Shown: positions 21,232 to 31,709 of the stretch, in pieces | Layout: every line of letters begins with the position of its first letter | Numbering within the stretch: position 1 is the first letter of the stretch | Source of the DNA: an uncultured Verrucomicrobiae bacterium | GTDB taxonomy: Bacteria; Verrucomicrobiota; Verrucomicrobiia; Chthoniobacterales; Chthoniobacteraceae | Direction of reading: 5' to 3' | DNA: 64,000 nucleotides | Assembly: GCA_963828525.1 (NCBI GenBank) | Contig: CAWHEP010000014.1 | Span: 160,001-224,000 of the forward strand | The notes under the pieces: generated by a model | Database searches by the model: none | Seen by the model: the letters and a program-made list of their open reading frames with translations, nothing else | What the model was told of the DNA's origin: nothing | Translations under genes and position numbers: made by a program

Positions 21232-22292
21232 GATCTTAGTACCTCGCGCTTTCTGTTTCCCATGCGAGCGGCTGGGGGAGCGATGGGCACGAGATCATTG
21301 GAGCCATCGCGCAGGCGCGCCTCACATCGAGCAATGCTCGGCGTAAAATCCAGGAGTTGCTGGGCGCTGAAAATCTAAGCGAGGTTTCCACATGGGCGGA
21401 TGCCGTGAAGAGGGTCGAGCCATGGCAACTGAAGCGACCCGTTGGCTTGGAACAACGCAAGCTCGCGGGCGATCCGGACTCCATCGCTTTTGTCGAGCGC
21501 TATCACCCTCAATCAAATCCACAGACGCACAAGCTGCTGCAAGGCAGCATCTCCTGGCACTACGTGGATATTCCTATCGGCGCCACCGGCTATAATGACG
21601 CCGTGATTCAGCCGCCGATGCGTGAAAGGGCGCCTTTAGGTGATGTGGTGGGCAAGATCGGCGATTGTATCCGCGTCCTCGTTGATGCCTCTGCTCCGTC
21701 GGAAGGGGCCTTCGGGAAGCGGAACGCGCTCCGGATGCTTGTGCATCTGGCGGAGGACATCCATCAGCCTCTGCACGTCGGATGCTGCTACATCGCCACA
21801 ACCGCTGCAAGCCCGGCCGAGGTTCTCGTCCGCGATCCGAAGCTGGCGCAAGAGCAGCATTTGCAGAGTGACGAGGGAGGCAACCTCTTGTTCCTGTCCA
21901 AAGGAACGGCGGCGGAGAACCTTCATCGGTTCTGGGATGACGACCTCGTCAAAGACGCGGAGAATGCCAATCCCGGCGGGCGGAGCGCGATGATAGAGAG
22001 GCTCTCCCATCTGCAGGCAGCCGCGGACTGGAGTGTGGATGGATCTCTTGATGAGTGGGGCACGCGTTGCGCGGACGATACTCTGGTGGTGGCGCGGCGG
22101 GCATATCAGGGGGTCGCCGTGAGCGATCCATCGCCACGTTCCATCAAGACCGCTCTCGGGCCTGCAAGCGGTTTTGCCGTCACTCTTCCTTTCGGCTACG
22201 AAGCCGACATGTCGCGCGTCGCGGACAAGCAGATCGCAAAGGCTGGGTATCGGCTGGCGCGGCTTCTGGACCAGATCTGGCCCGATCCCTAG
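21206..22292 (+). CDS. S1/P1 nuclease (signal peptide frameshifted near 21240)
   Basis: In frame upstream of the tracked ORF: WGSDGHEIIG; then WAD, WHYVD, HLAEDIHQPLH, GGN, NLHRFWD, AGYRLARLL. Confidence 0.88.
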
Positions 22293-24469
22293 CGCGTAAT
22301 GAGGTAGTAAACAGTGCCCGGATCAAGATGGAGAGACCCTGCGGCGGATGTGGCCGTCTCTGCCTTTATGGCCGGGTAGCCATTGTAATCCAGCGGGATG
22401 ACCCGCAGTGTTCCGGCGTCTGGTCGCAGAAAGGTCACCGCCCCGCTGATCCCTCTAAATAGCCAGGGGTTCCTCCCTATGTTGGTGATGCGTCGCTCGC
22501 CATTCGGCATTGCCTCTGTCGTAAACCCGGAGGTTTTCTCCTCCGACATCACCTGCAACAGAATGCGGCCGGAACTCGCCAGCGGCAGCCCATCAAGAGA
22601 GACCGCGATGATGTGCCCGATCTCCATGTCCGAAGCTATGATCAACGTGCCCGTCCGCACAGCCCCCGCTCCGCGGAGGTTTCCGCTCACTCCCTGACAG
22701 CGCGCCGCGTTTAGGACGAGGAATCCTTTCCCGTAATTGAGTTCCGTCTCTCCTGTTGAACCGGTGACGGTTTGTTTGTCATGATCTATCAGTCGACGGG
22801 GATCTTCCATCCTTACCGCGCCTGGACCGTCCGTGAAGCGCGTTTCCGTGCGGCCTGTGTAGCAGAGCAATGGATCGAGGCGCTGGCCGGGTACTGCGGC
22901 CCCGCCGACGGGCACATCCTTGAGGCGCAGTTCATCCAAAGCGGCATCTTGCGGGAAAGGCGTCCCGCGCAGCCGCATTAACTCCGCCTTGTTCAGATCA
23001 ACCTCGGCAACCACTTTGCCGGACGAAATCAATCCGCGCCGGAAGATGAGAGCCGCAGCAGGGAATTGCCCCATCATGGCTGGGGACATCAATGTCCAGG
23101 GCTGCATGAAGTAGCCGGGTTTTACATTCCATGCGCTGCCATCGAGGGCGAAGTGAATGATCGCGTCGCTATCCTGCAAAGCTCCAAACACGGAGTAGTA
23201 GAGTGGCGCTTCAGACCGATAACGGTTCGGACGTGTCCACGTCGTTTCCGAGATCATCGACGGTTTTCCATCATAATGGGGATCCATCGCCGGGTGTACG
23301 AACTGACGGGGCTTACCGGGCTCTTCGGAGTCAAACCGCAGAGCGCTGCGATCAGCGTAGGTGTGTCCCACTCTGATGGACCAGTCCGCGCTCGCGCCTT
23401 TCTCATCACAGGAGAAATACCCGTGGCGATCAATGAAATCGCCTGCCATGTAGCTGAGTTTCTCCAATGGGCCAAATACGGTGGGGTTTGCCGTTATCCA
23501 GTTGGATGCAGTGATCGAGCCGTGAAATCCGAGCGCTCTCAGAAACGCGTATGTCTCGGCATAGAAACGCGACTGACTTTCGAGCAGGAACGTCGCGGCA
23601 TCCTGATCTCGCGGCGTTCTTTCGCTGAACATATTCCACAGCGGGCGGAACGCGGCGCGCCCTTCGGCGGGGACATCCCGAGGGAGAAGCTGCCCGTGCC
23701 AGTGAGCAAACGCGCCAGGCAGCGAGCCGTATCGAGCGGCAAGCCAGGTCCCAAATTGATGTTCAATGATCCGCCGTTGCGCGTCTGGTATCGTATCGTT
23801 GAAGGTCCAGAAGAAGAGGGAATCCTCATTCTGCATCTCCAGACTGGCGACGGCGGGGTCATCGATGAGTCGGCGACCCGTTGCGGAGCTGCGGGTGGTG
23901 AGCAGCGCCACCCACCATTTTCTATACTGCGCCTGAAAGTCCGCGTTGAAGATCAACGCGGCAAATGGCTTTTTCGCGCCATCGTAGCCTTCCAGCCATG
24001 GAGTGCCCGGCTTCGGTGTCAACCAGATCGGAAAGTAAATCGAAAAGTGTGTGTAGATGCCCTCCGCCTTCATCGCCTCCACGATCTCAGACGCGTGAGC
24101 GACGCGGCTGGCGTCCACTTCCCCATTTTTGTCGAAATACCCGCCATGAACACGAACTAAATTGACGCCGTGCTTCGCCAGCATCCGGGCGCACTTGCGC
24201 AACTCCTCGCCACCGAGGTCGAACGGAGGGCCATTGACGGCCCAGAAGCGGACCGGTTCGCCGGTGCGTGAATGGGCGAAGTGCCCGTTCTTAACGGTAA
24301 TAAAGCCGTTCTCGCCAGCGAAGCGCTCATTAAGAAAGCGCATGTCCATTGCCGAGTCGGCCGTGAATGGATCAGGCTGTGGGTTAAAAGGAATCCACTG
24401 CTCTTGCGCTATCGCGGGGATGGCAAGCATTGCGCAAGGGAGCCAAAGGACGAATCGAAGGAGGTTCAC
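22289..24469 (-). CDS. secreted glycoside hydrolase-like protein (clan GH-A-like barrel)
   Basis: Signal peptide; VRFWAVN, GVNLVRVH, EMQNED (putative acid/base), DRHGYF, MISET (putative nucleophile). Confidence 0.6.
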   Translation of the reverse strand: MNLLRFVLWLPCAMLAIPAIAQEQWIPFNPQPDPFTADSAMDMRFLNERFAGENGFITVKNGHFAHSRTGEPVRFWAVNGPPFDLGGEELRKCARMLAKHGVNLVRVHGGYFDKNGEVDASRVAHASEIVEAMKAEGIYTHFSIYFPIWLTPKPGTPWLEGYDGAKKPFAALIFNADFQAQYRKWWVALLTTRSSATGRRLIDDPAVASLEMQNEDSLFFWTFNDTIPDAQRRIIEHQFGTWLAARYGSLPGAFAHWHGQLLPRDVPAEGRAAFRPLWNMFSERTPRDQDAATFLLESQSRFYAETYAFLRALGFHGSITASNWITANPTVFGPLEKLSYMAGDFIDRHGYFSCDEKGASADWSIRVGHTYADRSALRFDSEEPGKPRQFVHPAMDPHYDGKPSMISETTWTRPNRYRSEAPLYYSVFGALQDSDAIIHFALDGSAWNVKPGYFMQPWTLMSPAMMGQFPAAALIFRRGLISSGKVVAEVDLNKAELMRLRGTPFPQDAALDELRLKDVPVGGAAVPGQRLDPLLCYTGRTETRFTDGPGAVRMEDPRRLIDHDKQTVTGSTGETELNYGKGFLVLNAARCQGVSGNLRGAGAVRTGTLIIASDMEIGHIIAVSLDGLPLASSGRILLQVMSEEKTSGFTTEAMPNGERRITNIGRNPWLFRGISGAVTFLRPDAGTLRVIPLDYNGYPAIKAETATSAAGSLHLDPGTVYYLITR

Positions 24470-24738
24470 TTAAGAGGGGACTTTTCGCGTCGCGGACATT
24501 TTACTACGGCCCGCCTCACAAGCGCAATGGATGAAGCCGAAACGGGGGCAATCGGCACCTCACTGGTCGCCGTGTGGCCTCGTGCCGATGGAAAGTTAGC
24601 TTTCAATCACGCAGATGAAATTAAAGAAAACAGCCATTCTCTTTAATTTCGATGGGCAAATGCAAATTGGAAACCCCACCAGCCTCCACCCCCGGCATTG
24701 CGTCCGGGCTCCGACAAACGGTAGATTCGTGATCTGCC

Positions 24739-25608
24739 ATGCCAGACACACTTACCGTTAAAGAATCAGCGGAGTTGCTCAGTTACATGTTTGCCGCGTG
24801 GCCGGAGGTAAAGAAGAAGCAGGTGAGAACATGGCTGAAGTTCCAGGCGGTCATGGTAAACGGTCGTCCAGTCACCCAGTTCGATCATCCACTAAAGCCC
24901 GGTGACACCGTCGCCATCCGCTCGGATCGCTTTGCAATCCCAAAGACGATGCTCTCCTCTGGAATGAAGGTCTACTACGAGGACGCCACGCTCATTGTGA
25001 TCGACAAACCAGAGAACCTCCTGAGCATCGCGAGCGAAGCGGAACAGGAGAAGACCGCCTATTTTCAGTTAACCGCCTATCTGCGCGCCAAGAAGCCAGA
25101 GAGTCGGGAGCGCGTCTGGATCGTCCATAGACTGGATCGCGAGACGTCGGGTCTCATGGTCTTTGCGAAAACGCCGGAGGCAAAAGAGGCGTTGCAGGGA
25201 GGCTGGGAAAAAGCCAGCAAGCGATACGAAGCGGTTGTTGAAGGGCGTCTTCGCCCGGAGAGCGGCATGCTGGAATCGGATTTGGATGAGACGAATCCGT
25301 TCAAGGTGCGCATCGCTCCACCCAGCGAAATCACCCGTCACGCTGTGACCCACTACAAAGTCTTGAAGCATTCGAAGGGACGGAGCCTAGTGGAACTCAT
25401 CCTCGAAACCGGACGCCGGCACCAGTTGCGCGTTCAGCTTTCCGGCGCGGGGTGTCCCATCATCGGCGACAAAAAATATGGGGCGAAAAGCGATCCCGCA
25501 AAACGGCTGGGTCTCCATGCGTGCTCGCTCCGTTTCCTCCACCCAGTCTCCGGCGCGGAGCTTGCATTTCAATCCGTCCTTCCGAAGAACCTCGCCTCGC
25601 TAGTCTGA
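24739..25608 (+). CDS. RluA-family pseudouridine synthase
   Basis: VIDKPENL, HRLDRETSG, ETGRRHQLRVQ, PIIGDKKYG, LGLHA. Confidence 0.93.
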   Translation: MPDTLTVKESAELLSYMFAAWPEVKKKQVRTWLKFQAVMVNGRPVTQFDHPLKPGDTVAIRSDRFAIPKTMLSSGMKVYYEDATLIVIDKPENLLSIASEAEQEKTAYFQLTAYLRAKKPESRERVWIVHRLDRETSGLMVFAKTPEAKEALQGGWEKASKRYEAVVEGRLRPESGMLESDLDETNPFKVRIAPPSEITRHAVTHYKVLKHSKGRSLVELILETGRRHQLRVQLSGAGCPIIGDKKYGAKSDPAKRLGLHACSLRFLHPVSGAELAFQSVLPKNLASLV

Positions 25609-26871
25609 TCCCTGGCGTTCCGCCGGCAATTCCCGCCATCCGGCGCGGTCAAACGCGATGCCGGGGCGGTCAAACTTCACGAACATCTGCCGGATGGGAA
25701 GCAACCTATCCATCGGCAGGTCGATCTCTTCGCCCTCATCCGTTAACCTGACGGAAGCAGAACTGAAAGCGGTTCCTGTTATGGTGTTTACCACGGACGC
25801 CACGCCAGCCGCTGCTGGCAGAGGGAAGGACAAACGGGCGGCGCCGCCCTGGCCAGTCAGGGCGAGATCGATCTTCGCGCCCGCGAGGCTTCTCGTATTC
25901 CGCCTGCAAATCGACATCCGCAAAGTGGCGCACAGCATTTTCGCGGAACAGACCGGATATGTCGCGGAGAGTCGTGACGGACCGTCAGGCGGGTAGAAGG
26001 TTTCGATGTCTTTAGCGAAGGCCCCGAATCGCGCGCGGCCCAAAGCCATCTGGCTGGTGTGGCAGAGGATTGCTTCAAGTTTCACCTGCTTCTCCTCGGG
26101 CCGGAGTTGCAACACGACGCGGCTGTGAGCGTAAGGTTTGCCATTTGTATGGACCAGATAGTCGAGTTCTAGCGGCGGAGCCTGGCGCAACCGGCGCAGC
26201 TCCAAATGCGTGATCACATACGCGTTATTGTGATCCGGGTGCAGATCGTCAGGGGAGGGGAGCACGAGAATGGAGGGATGCCAGGCCACGATTGTGGCAT
26301 CGATCGCGTTTCGAAACGCCGCGTCATCAGCCATGAGGAGGGCGCTTGTGCCCTGGTCGTGAAAATCAAGGAAAGTCGCGCTGCTCGCGGGCACTCCGAT
26401 CCGAGCGAGGGCGCGCAGCGCTTCCTGCTTGCGGCGCGCGCCCCAGCGCGCCCTATCCGTCATCCCGATGTGGTAGCGATGTTCCACAAACCGTTGAGCC
26501 CAGACGTTGTTATCTCCATTGGTTATGAACACCACTCGTATCCGGGCGTGAGCGGCAAGCGCCCGCTGCATAAGCCCCGCGGAAGAAAGCGATTCATCGT
26601 CCGGGTGCGGAGCCACTATCAGAACACGATCGTCCTGCCTCAACGATCGCAGCAATACGGTCTCTCCACTCGACACCGCTGTGGGCGGCGGGACGGCGCC
26701 TTTGTCAGTGTCCCACGCGCCTGTATCATCGGGCAGCCGCGTATCAACGTTTCTGGCCGGTTGCGCGGAACTCGTGTCGGATGCCAAGGCGTACCCACCG
26801 CGGATCAACAGCAGGAACGCGCAGGCGGCCAGTCTCGCGCGCCACGCGCCAGCGGGAAAGGGATGCGACAC
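25600..26871 (-). CDS. PIG-L/LmbE-family deacetylase
   Basis: VAPHPDDE, ITNGD, DLHPDH, CHTSQ. Confidence 0.88.
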   Translation of the reverse strand: MSHPFPAGAWRARLAACAFLLLIRGGYALASDTSSAQPARNVDTRLPDDTGAWDTDKGAVPPPTAVSSGETVLLRSLRQDDRVLIVAPHPDDESLSSAGLMQRALAAHARIRVVFITNGDNNVWAQRFVEHRYHIGMTDRARWGARRKQEALRALARIGVPASSATFLDFHDQGTSALLMADDAAFRNAIDATIVAWHPSILVLPSPDDLHPDHNNAYVITHLELRRLRQAPPLELDYLVHTNGKPYAHSRVVLQLRPEEKQVKLEAILCHTSQMALGRARFGAFAKDIETFYPPDGPSRLSATYPVCSAKMLCATLRMSICRRNTRSLAGAKIDLALTGQGGAARLSFPLPAAAGVASVVNTITGTAFSSASVRLTDEGEEIDLPMDRLLPIRQMFVKFDRPGIAFDRAGWRELPAERQGSD

Positions 26872-27722
26872 TATTGCGGAGTATTGGCAGCCGAGGGGGA
26901 GGCAGAAGGCAGAGCCGCGGCGCCCTTCTTCGGTTTCACAGGCAACGGCCCTTTATCCATTGCGAGCAATTCGCTCACGGTGACAAATTTAAAGCCTTTT
27001 GCGAGCAGCGTGTCGAACACCTGTGGCATGGCGTCAATCGTGGGTTTGTGAATATCGTGAGAGAGAATAATTGATCCCGGACGCGCGCCCGAGATGATCC
27101 TCCGCGCGACAACGTCCGGCCCCGGACGTTTCCAGTCGAGCGGATCGACATCCCACAATATTATTTTGAACCCAAACTCGCGATGTATCCAGTCGCGCTG
27201 GGCCTTCGTGATCGCGCCGTATGGGGGTCGCATAAGCGTCGGCTTAAAACCCACGGCTTCCTGGAAGGCTTCCTGCGTCCTCTGCAACTCGCTGCGCACC
27301 GCCGTATCCGACATCCGGGCGAAATCGGGATGTGACCATGAGTGATTTCCGAGCTCATGCCCCTCCGCGACGATGCGTTTCAGGATCTCGGGATCTTGCG
27401 TGATTCTTTCTCCCAATTCAAAAAACGTGAGTTTGATGTGCCGCTGCTTCACCATATCCAGGAGGCGGGGCGTGTTCGTCACGTGCGGGCCGTCGTCGAA
27501 CGTCATTGCGATATAGGGTCCATCCACGCGGACGGAACTGAATCCGAATTTACTTTTCTGTGGCAGATCGAGATAGCCCGCGGGGGCCGAAGCAAGCATT
27601 TCGCGGGTCGGCGTCGGCGATGCTGCTGCGGATGGCGCCGCCAATGGCGATGGAGAAGCATCCTGTCCTGCGGCGCGGAACAGGCCCAGGGCGAGCGTAA
27701 GGAGGAAGAGGATACGAGTCAT
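26871..27722 (-). CDS. polysaccharide deacetylase (NodB/CE4)
   Basis: TFDDGP, GNHSWSH, RPPYG, DPLDW, ILSHD; signal peptide from Met 27722. Confidence 0.92.
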   Translation of the reverse strand: MTRILFLLTLALGLFRAAGQDASPSPLAAPSAAASPTPTREMLASAPAGYLDLPQKSKFGFSSVRVDGPYIAMTFDDGPHVTNTPRLLDMVKQRHIKLTFFELGERITQDPEILKRIVAEGHELGNHSWSHPDFARMSDTAVRSELQRTQEAFQEAVGFKPTLMRPPYGAITKAQRDWIHREFGFKIILWDVDPLDWKRPGPDVVARRIISGARPGSIILSHDIHKPTIDAMPQVFDTLLAKGFKFVTVSELLAMDKGPLPVKPKKGAAALPSASPSAANTPQ

Positions 27723-27825
27723 CGGCTTTAGAAGTTCGGACAATGGAACCACTTGTGTAAACTCAGGATTCGTTTCTCGCCAGCTTTCTGTATGGTCGGC
27801 GGAGGCATTGTGAATGACACTCTGC

Positions 27826-28492
27826 TCAGGCTGTGGACACCTTGTCCAAACGGTACATCGACCGCATACCTTCGACAATCTGGAAACTGAATCACCTTTG
27901 TCGTCGACGAGTAACTGGAGAACACATCCAGAAGCTCGTTCTCAGACGGGAAATTTTTGATGACCGAATAACGACTTCCATCCGGGAGGGTTCTGCTCTG
28001 AATATTGTTGCCGCAGGCATCTGTCTGCCCTCCTGTTGCGCCTACTTTTGGCATTTGGTCGCAAAAAATTACCAGTGCCCCTTTTGCCAGACACGAATGA
28101 AGTCCTCCCAAAAAAGCCGACCGCCGTTCAATAGGCACGTGACAGAACCAATCGCCCGCAAAGCATGAGTCGAATCTTTGCCCAAAGTCAGGAAGGTCGT
28201 ATGCGTCTGCCTGCCGCAGCTCAACATGCGCGGCGAAGTTCTTTTTCCGAGCTTCAAATAATGTCTCTTCGTTGAAATCTGTTGCGACAATCTGCGTGGC
28301 CGATTTCATCAGGAATTGCGTCCAAAATCCCGGCCCGCAGGCGATTTCCAATAGCTTGCTGCCAGTGAAGCGCCGCGCGAGATACACAAGTGCCGCTTCA
28401 TGTTTACGCAGCACATCTTCTTGATCGTACCCCATCGAACTGTCGTAAATCGCAGCTCGGCGGCGGTAGTATTCTTGCATTTCGGAAATCAT
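27826..28492 (-). CDS. class I SAM-dependent methyltransferase (3' end probably frameshifted)
   Basis: YYRRRAAIYD, LLEIACGPGFWT, ADAY, WFCHVP, IKNFP. Confidence 0.82.
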
Positions 28493-28638
28493 GGGGCGGC
28501 AGCGCGGTCCTTGGGCGGTGTCATTATCCTTCGAGTTTCCCTGCCAGCGTCTCCAAATCGAACATTTCCAGAAATGCCGGTCGGCCAAACCGGTTTGTGA
28601 ATTAGGAAGGCGGTGTCAAAGTAGAGCGAATTGCCGCC

Positions 28639-29955
28639 ATGACAAACCCGCTTTCCGGATTAGAAAAGGTCGCCCATGTGCGGGCGAGGGCTCCCGCCGA
28701 GGGCTTATTCGCTGACAAGGAGTGGCTCCTCTCGCCGGAGCCGTTCCCTTTGGATGAGAAGATGGCGGACGAGTTGGAGAAGCTTGGCTACCGCCTGAAC
28801 CTCTTTAATCGCGCTTGCAATCTGCTGTATCAATTGAGCATCCAGGGGAGGCAGCCACGATGGGTCGCCGAATATCTTGACCGTGGAAAGCCGCCCGCGC
28901 TGGTTGAATACGCCCGCCAGCGCTTGCTGCGCGACGAACTGCCTGGCGTCATCCGTCCCGATGTTATTCCCATGGAAGGCGGCTTCACCATCGCCGAACT
29001 TGACAACGTGCCTGGCGGGATAGGACTCACGGCATGGCTGAATCAGACCTATTCCGCGTTTGGTTCGGACATCGTTGGCGGCCCGCGCGGCATGCTGGAG
29101 GGCTTCCGTTCCGTGCTTCCCGGCGGGGATATCTTCGTTTCCGACGAGGCGGCAACATATCGGCCCGAAATGATCTGGCTTGCGAACCAACTTAACGCCG
29201 CTTCCACGGATGGCAAAAAATGGCGCGTGCGCGCTGCTTCCGAAACGGAAGACTTTCAGGCGAGCGTTTACCGCTTTTTCGAGTTGTTTGATCTTGAGAA
29301 TGTCGGAGGCGCGCAGGCCCTGATGGCTGCGGAGCAGGCTGGCGCCATTCGGGTGACGCCTCCCATTAAGCCCTACATCGAGGAAAAGATGTGGTTTGCG
29401 CTATTCTGGATGCGACCCCTGCATGAATTTTGGCGTCGGGAGCTTGGGGAGCGGCACTGGTTGAAGCTTCAGGAAGTCATTCCCTACACCTGGATTGTGG
29501 ATCCAGCGCCACTGCCCCAGCACGCGGTGCTGCCACGGCTCGATATTAACAGGTGGGAGGAGCTTGGCGATTTTAGTCAGAAGCAACGTGATCTCCTCTT
29601 GAAGGTCAGCGGCTTCTCGCCCCTCTCGTGGGGCAGTCGCGGTGTGGAGTTGGGCAATGACATGTCGCAACCAGACTGGAAGGCGGCCGTGGAGACCGCT
29701 CTCCGTGAGTTTGAAACCCGGCCCCGAATCTTGCAACAGTTCCGGAAAGGAAAACTCTTCGAACATCCCTACACGGATCCCACGACGGGAACCATGACAA
29801 TGATGCATGGCAGGGTTCGGCTGTGCCCGTATTACTTCATCGTTAATGGGAAGTCCGAACTAAAAGGTGTGCTCGCAACCATTTGTCCCGCCGACAAGAA
29901 GCTTTTGCATGGCATGAAGGACGCCATTCTCGTTCCATGCAAATTCCCTGGCTAG
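28639..29955 (+). CDS. uncharacterised ATP-grasp-like protein (glutathionylspermidine synthase / circularly permuted ATP-grasp-like)
   Basis: IRPDVI...IAELDNVPGGIG, LLKVSGF...WGSRGV, ILQQF, RVRLCPY resemble ATP-grasp amide ligase motifs. Confidence 0.55.
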   Translation: MTNPLSGLEKVAHVRARAPAEGLFADKEWLLSPEPFPLDEKMADELEKLGYRLNLFNRACNLLYQLSIQGRQPRWVAEYLDRGKPPALVEYARQRLLRDELPGVIRPDVIPMEGGFTIAELDNVPGGIGLTAWLNQTYSAFGSDIVGGPRGMLEGFRSVLPGGDIFVSDEAATYRPEMIWLANQLNAASTDGKKWRVRAASETEDFQASVYRFFELFDLENVGGAQALMAAEQAGAIRVTPPIKPYIEEKMWFALFWMRPLHEFWRRELGERHWLKLQEVIPYTWIVDPAPLPQHAVLPRLDINRWEELGDFSQKQRDLLLKVSGFSPLSWGSRGVELGNDMSQPDWKAAVETALREFETRPRILQQFRKGKLFEHPYTDPTTGTMTMMHGRVRLCPYYFIVNGKSELKGVLATICPADKKLLHGMKDAILVPCKFPG

Positions 29956-30060
29956 ACGGCGCGTTTGTCCTGGAAGCCGTCGTGCTTGCAAATGACCACT
30001 GAAGGCGGGTTTAATGGTGTCCTACAGGGTTTGAAAACCACCCGGCAGACTACCAGATTT

Positions 30061-30892
30061 ATGGACGTTCGATACGCGATTGGGGAAAAAGAATTCGAAG
30101 GGCTGAATACCGAGGCTCTTCGGAAAACATTTCTTTTGGAGTCACTTTTCCGGCCGGGTGAAATTCAGGCTACTTATTGGGAGACAGATCGCGCGGTAGT
30201 GGGGGCGGCCGTCCCCCTGGCTTCGCCGCTGCGCCTCGAAACGTCCAAGGAACTCGCATCGGAGTATTTCTGCGAGCGACGCGAGCTTGGCGTTCTGAAT
30301 ATAGGCGGCCCGGGCACAATCACCGTGGATGGCACAGCGCGCCCGTCGCTTGCGCTCGACTGCATGTATATCGGAAAGGGAAGCCGCGACATCACCTTTG
30401 CCAGTGATGATGCGGGATCTCCCGCGAAGTTCTACCTGATCAGCTACCCCGCCCACACCGCGTACCCAACCGCGCGCGTCCGGCAAGCGGAGGCGAACGC
30501 CATACGGCTGGGAAGTCAGGAGACAGCGAACCTGCGAACGATCTACCAGGTACATCCATGAGGGAGGCGTGAAAAGCTGTCAGTTGGTTCTCGGTTTTAC
30601 CCAGCTCGAGGAAGGCAGCGTCTGGAATACCATGCCCCCGCACACCCACCCGCGGCGTTCCGAGGTTTACCTCTACTTTAACGTGCGGGAAGACGCGGCA
30701 GTGTTTCACTTCATGGGCCCAGGAGCGCGGACCCGCAACCTGCTGCTGCACAGCGAACAGGCTGTGCTTTCGCCGATCTGGTCGGTTCACTCTGGCTGTG
30801 GAACTCGCGCCTACTCTTTCATCTGGGCGATGGGTGGAGAGAATCAGCGTTTCGACGATATGGATGGCATCCCCATCCAAAACCTTCGATAA
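30061..30892 (+). CDS. kduI: 5-dehydro-4-deoxy-D-glucuronate isomerase (frameshift near 30555)
   Basis: RRELGVLNIGG, SYPAH, SCQLVLG, WNTMPPHTHPRRSEVYLYF, WAMGGENQ. Confidence 0.93.
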
Positions 30893-30898
30893 CGAGCC

Positions 30899-31663
30899 AT
30901 GGTTCTCGATCAATTCCGCCTGGATGGCAAAGTCGCCGTAGTTACCGGATGCAAGCGGGGAATCGGAAAGGCCATGGCAGAGGCTTTGGCGCAGGCTGGG
31001 GCGGACATCATCGGCGTCAGCGCAACACTCGAAGCAGGAAGCGAGGTCGCGGCGGCAGTGAAGGATCTGGGGCGAAAGTTTACCCCGTATCAATGCGACT
31101 TTGGTAATCGCGAGTCCCTGCTGGCTTTCGCCAAACAAGTCATGCTGGATAATCCGCGCGTCGACATTCTCGTGAACAACGCGGGTACTATTCTGCGAAA
31201 GCCGGCCGCGGAACATCCGGACGAATACTGGGACGAGGTGATGGAGGTGAACTTGAGCTCTCAATTCATCCTGAGCCGTGAGATCGCGCGCGGCATGCTG
31301 GAAAAAGGCGCGGGCAAGATCATCTTCACAGCCTCGCTGCTGACCTTTCAGGGCGGAATTAACGTGCCTGGATATGCCGCGAGCAAAGGCGGTATCGGGT
31401 CGCTGGTGATGGCGCTTTCCAACGAATGGATGGGAAAAGGCATTTGTGTGAACGCCATCGCGCCGGGTTATGTGGCTACCGACAACACCCAGGCTCTTCG
31501 TGAAGACTCGCAACGGAGTAGCGCCATTCTCTCGCGCATCCCTGCGGGCCGCTGGGGAACACCGGCTGACTTTGCGGGGCCGGTTGTATTCCTGGCGAGC
31601 GCCGCTTCAGATTACATGAGCGGCCACACGATGCTTGTGGACGGCGGGTGGATGGGGCGGTGA
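30899..31663 (+). CDS. kduD: 2-deoxy-D-gluconate 3-dehydrogenase (SDR)
   Basis: TGCKRGIG, NNAG, ASLLTFQGGINVPGYAASK; follows kduI. Confidence 0.9.
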   Translation: MVLDQFRLDGKVAVVTGCKRGIGKAMAEALAQAGADIIGVSATLEAGSEVAAAVKDLGRKFTPYQCDFGNRESLLAFAKQVMLDNPRVDILVNNAGTILRKPAAEHPDEYWDEVMEVNLSSQFILSREIARGMLEKGAGKIIFTASLLTFQGGINVPGYAASKGGIGSLVMALSNEWMGKGICVNAIAPGYVATDNTQALREDSQRSSAILSRIPAGRWGTPADFAGPVVFLASAASDYMSGHTMLVDGGWMGR

Positions 31664-31672
31664 GGGCGGTCC

Positions 31673-31709
31673 TTGACTGGTTTTGGTAAATGTGTTCTAA
31701 TGAACACAT
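31673..31709 (+). promoter_or_regulatory. sigma70 promoter overlapped by a LexA-type (SOS) operator TGTTC-N4-GAACA
   Basis: -35 TTGACT 31673-31678, 17-bp spacer, -10 TCTAAT 31696-31701; palindrome ATGTGTTC-TAAT-GAACACAT 31690-31709. Confidence 0.8.
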
